In this document: one piece after another, positions 63,011-64,000 of the stretch | How positions within the stretch are numbered: the first letter of the stretch is position 1 | Layout: every line of letters begins with the position of its first letter | From: Azolla caroliniana | Taxonomy: Eukaryota; Plantae; Polypodiophyta | NCBI GenBank assembly: GCA_043228905.1 | Contig: JBHGNT010000011.1 | Coordinates: 11,284,001-11,348,000, forward strand | Reading direction: 5' to 3' | DNA length: 64,000 nt | Made by a program: the position numbers and the translations under genes | The notes under the pieces: generated by a model | The model's input: only the letters and a program-made list of their open reading frames with translations | The model's database searches: none | Told to the model about the DNA's origin: nothing

Positions 63011-64000
63011 GGTCACTATATATAGTGACCTTGTAACCTTTTTGTAAGGTTGGTTGTTGTATTATTTGCTTTATGAAATAAAGAGTCTTTTGTGTCTCTC
63101 TCTCTCTCTCTCTCTGTGCAACGACCTAGAAACTGTCATACGCAGGTACTCAACAGCAATCGAATGCTTCTTGATCTTCCGCATAGACGACTTTGTCTAC
63201 AACATCTGGTATCAGAGCCTGCACAGTATTCGGTCCTTCAATCCGCTGTCGGCCGTCGTCTCAGCCTGCACAGCATTCGGTTTCTTGCGTCATTCGAAGA
63301 AGAGAGAAGAAGAAGAAAAACGAGGCTCGCATCTCATCGCGTTAGATCATCTTCACTTGGAGTAAGCCAGCAGGTTGTACTCTGTTCCTTGTGATCGTAA
63401 CCACTCGAGGTGAAATCCCCCTGTGCAACATTGACACGATCGTGCTCCACTCGGTTAAACGGCATCCGAAGAGGTCATCAAACGCCGCTCATTGTAACCA
63501 CTCGGTGCAGATCGGTCTCAAGACAACAACCCCAATTCGTGCTTCATCCGGCTGATCGACATTCGGGAGGATCAGTTGGATCTGTCTCTCTCGTCGCTGC
63601 AGCCACCCGAAGCAGAATCGGTCCAGACAATCGGTATTCGGTATATATATCCGAAGCGAACCGGGCTCACTCCGACTCGGAACCATTCGGGAAGACCAGT
63701 CGGTTCTGTCCCTCAAGTTACCGGAGTCAATTCGAGCAAGTTCAACAATACATATATTCGAAGCCGAACCGACTCGGGTTCAAATCCGACTAGAACGATA
63801 TCGGGTGAGCCAACCGGCTGCACTCCCACAAGGTTCGTAGTCAACTCCGAACCGAGCTTCGTTAACCGAAACCAAATTTGATGGCATCAACATCCGGCTC
63901 GTCAGAAATGAGTCTACGAAAGTTCGATGGATCGAACTTCAACTTCTGGAAGGAGCAAATGCAGGACTATCTCATAGTCAAGGGGCAAATCGATCCCATC
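63011..64000 (+). mobile_element. 5' part of Copia element H: partial LTR to 63204, Met PBS 63207-63218, gag from 63881 (runs off the window)
   Basis: ...CTACAACA tc TGGTATCAGAGC; MASTSGSSEMSLRKFDGSNFNFWKEQMQDYL (Copia gag N-terminus). Confidence 0.88.

Overview
Repeat-dense eukaryotic DNA from a land plant, probably seed-free (fern/lycophyte/bryophyte-like elements; inferred, not proven). Most of the window is nested, decayed LTR retrotransposons: about eight Ty1/Copia pieces, four tRNA-Trp-primed Ty3/Gypsy elements and two solo LTRs with TSDs. There is also a non-autonomous LTR element, a 5'-truncated LINE, a hAT MITE and a long-TIR foldback element. The only clear host gene is an intronless GGPPS-like ORF (48726-49763) that has lost both catalytic DDxxD motifs. 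The most unusual region is a DNA-transposon-like unit (~34505-40431). It carries a DDD (Sola1/DUF7869-like) transposase with a BAH-like C-terminus and a divergent ParB/Srx-fold gene. Between them lie seven 25-bp palindromes phased at 51 bp, resembling a plasmid parS/sopC centromere. The Trp-primed Gypsy clade also shows a CCGT/ACGG target at 4 of 4 insertions (4-bp TSD), a conserved -1 frameshift with a pseudoknot between protease and RT, and a tRNA-like module inside its LTRs. All calls are by eye; no database searches were run.
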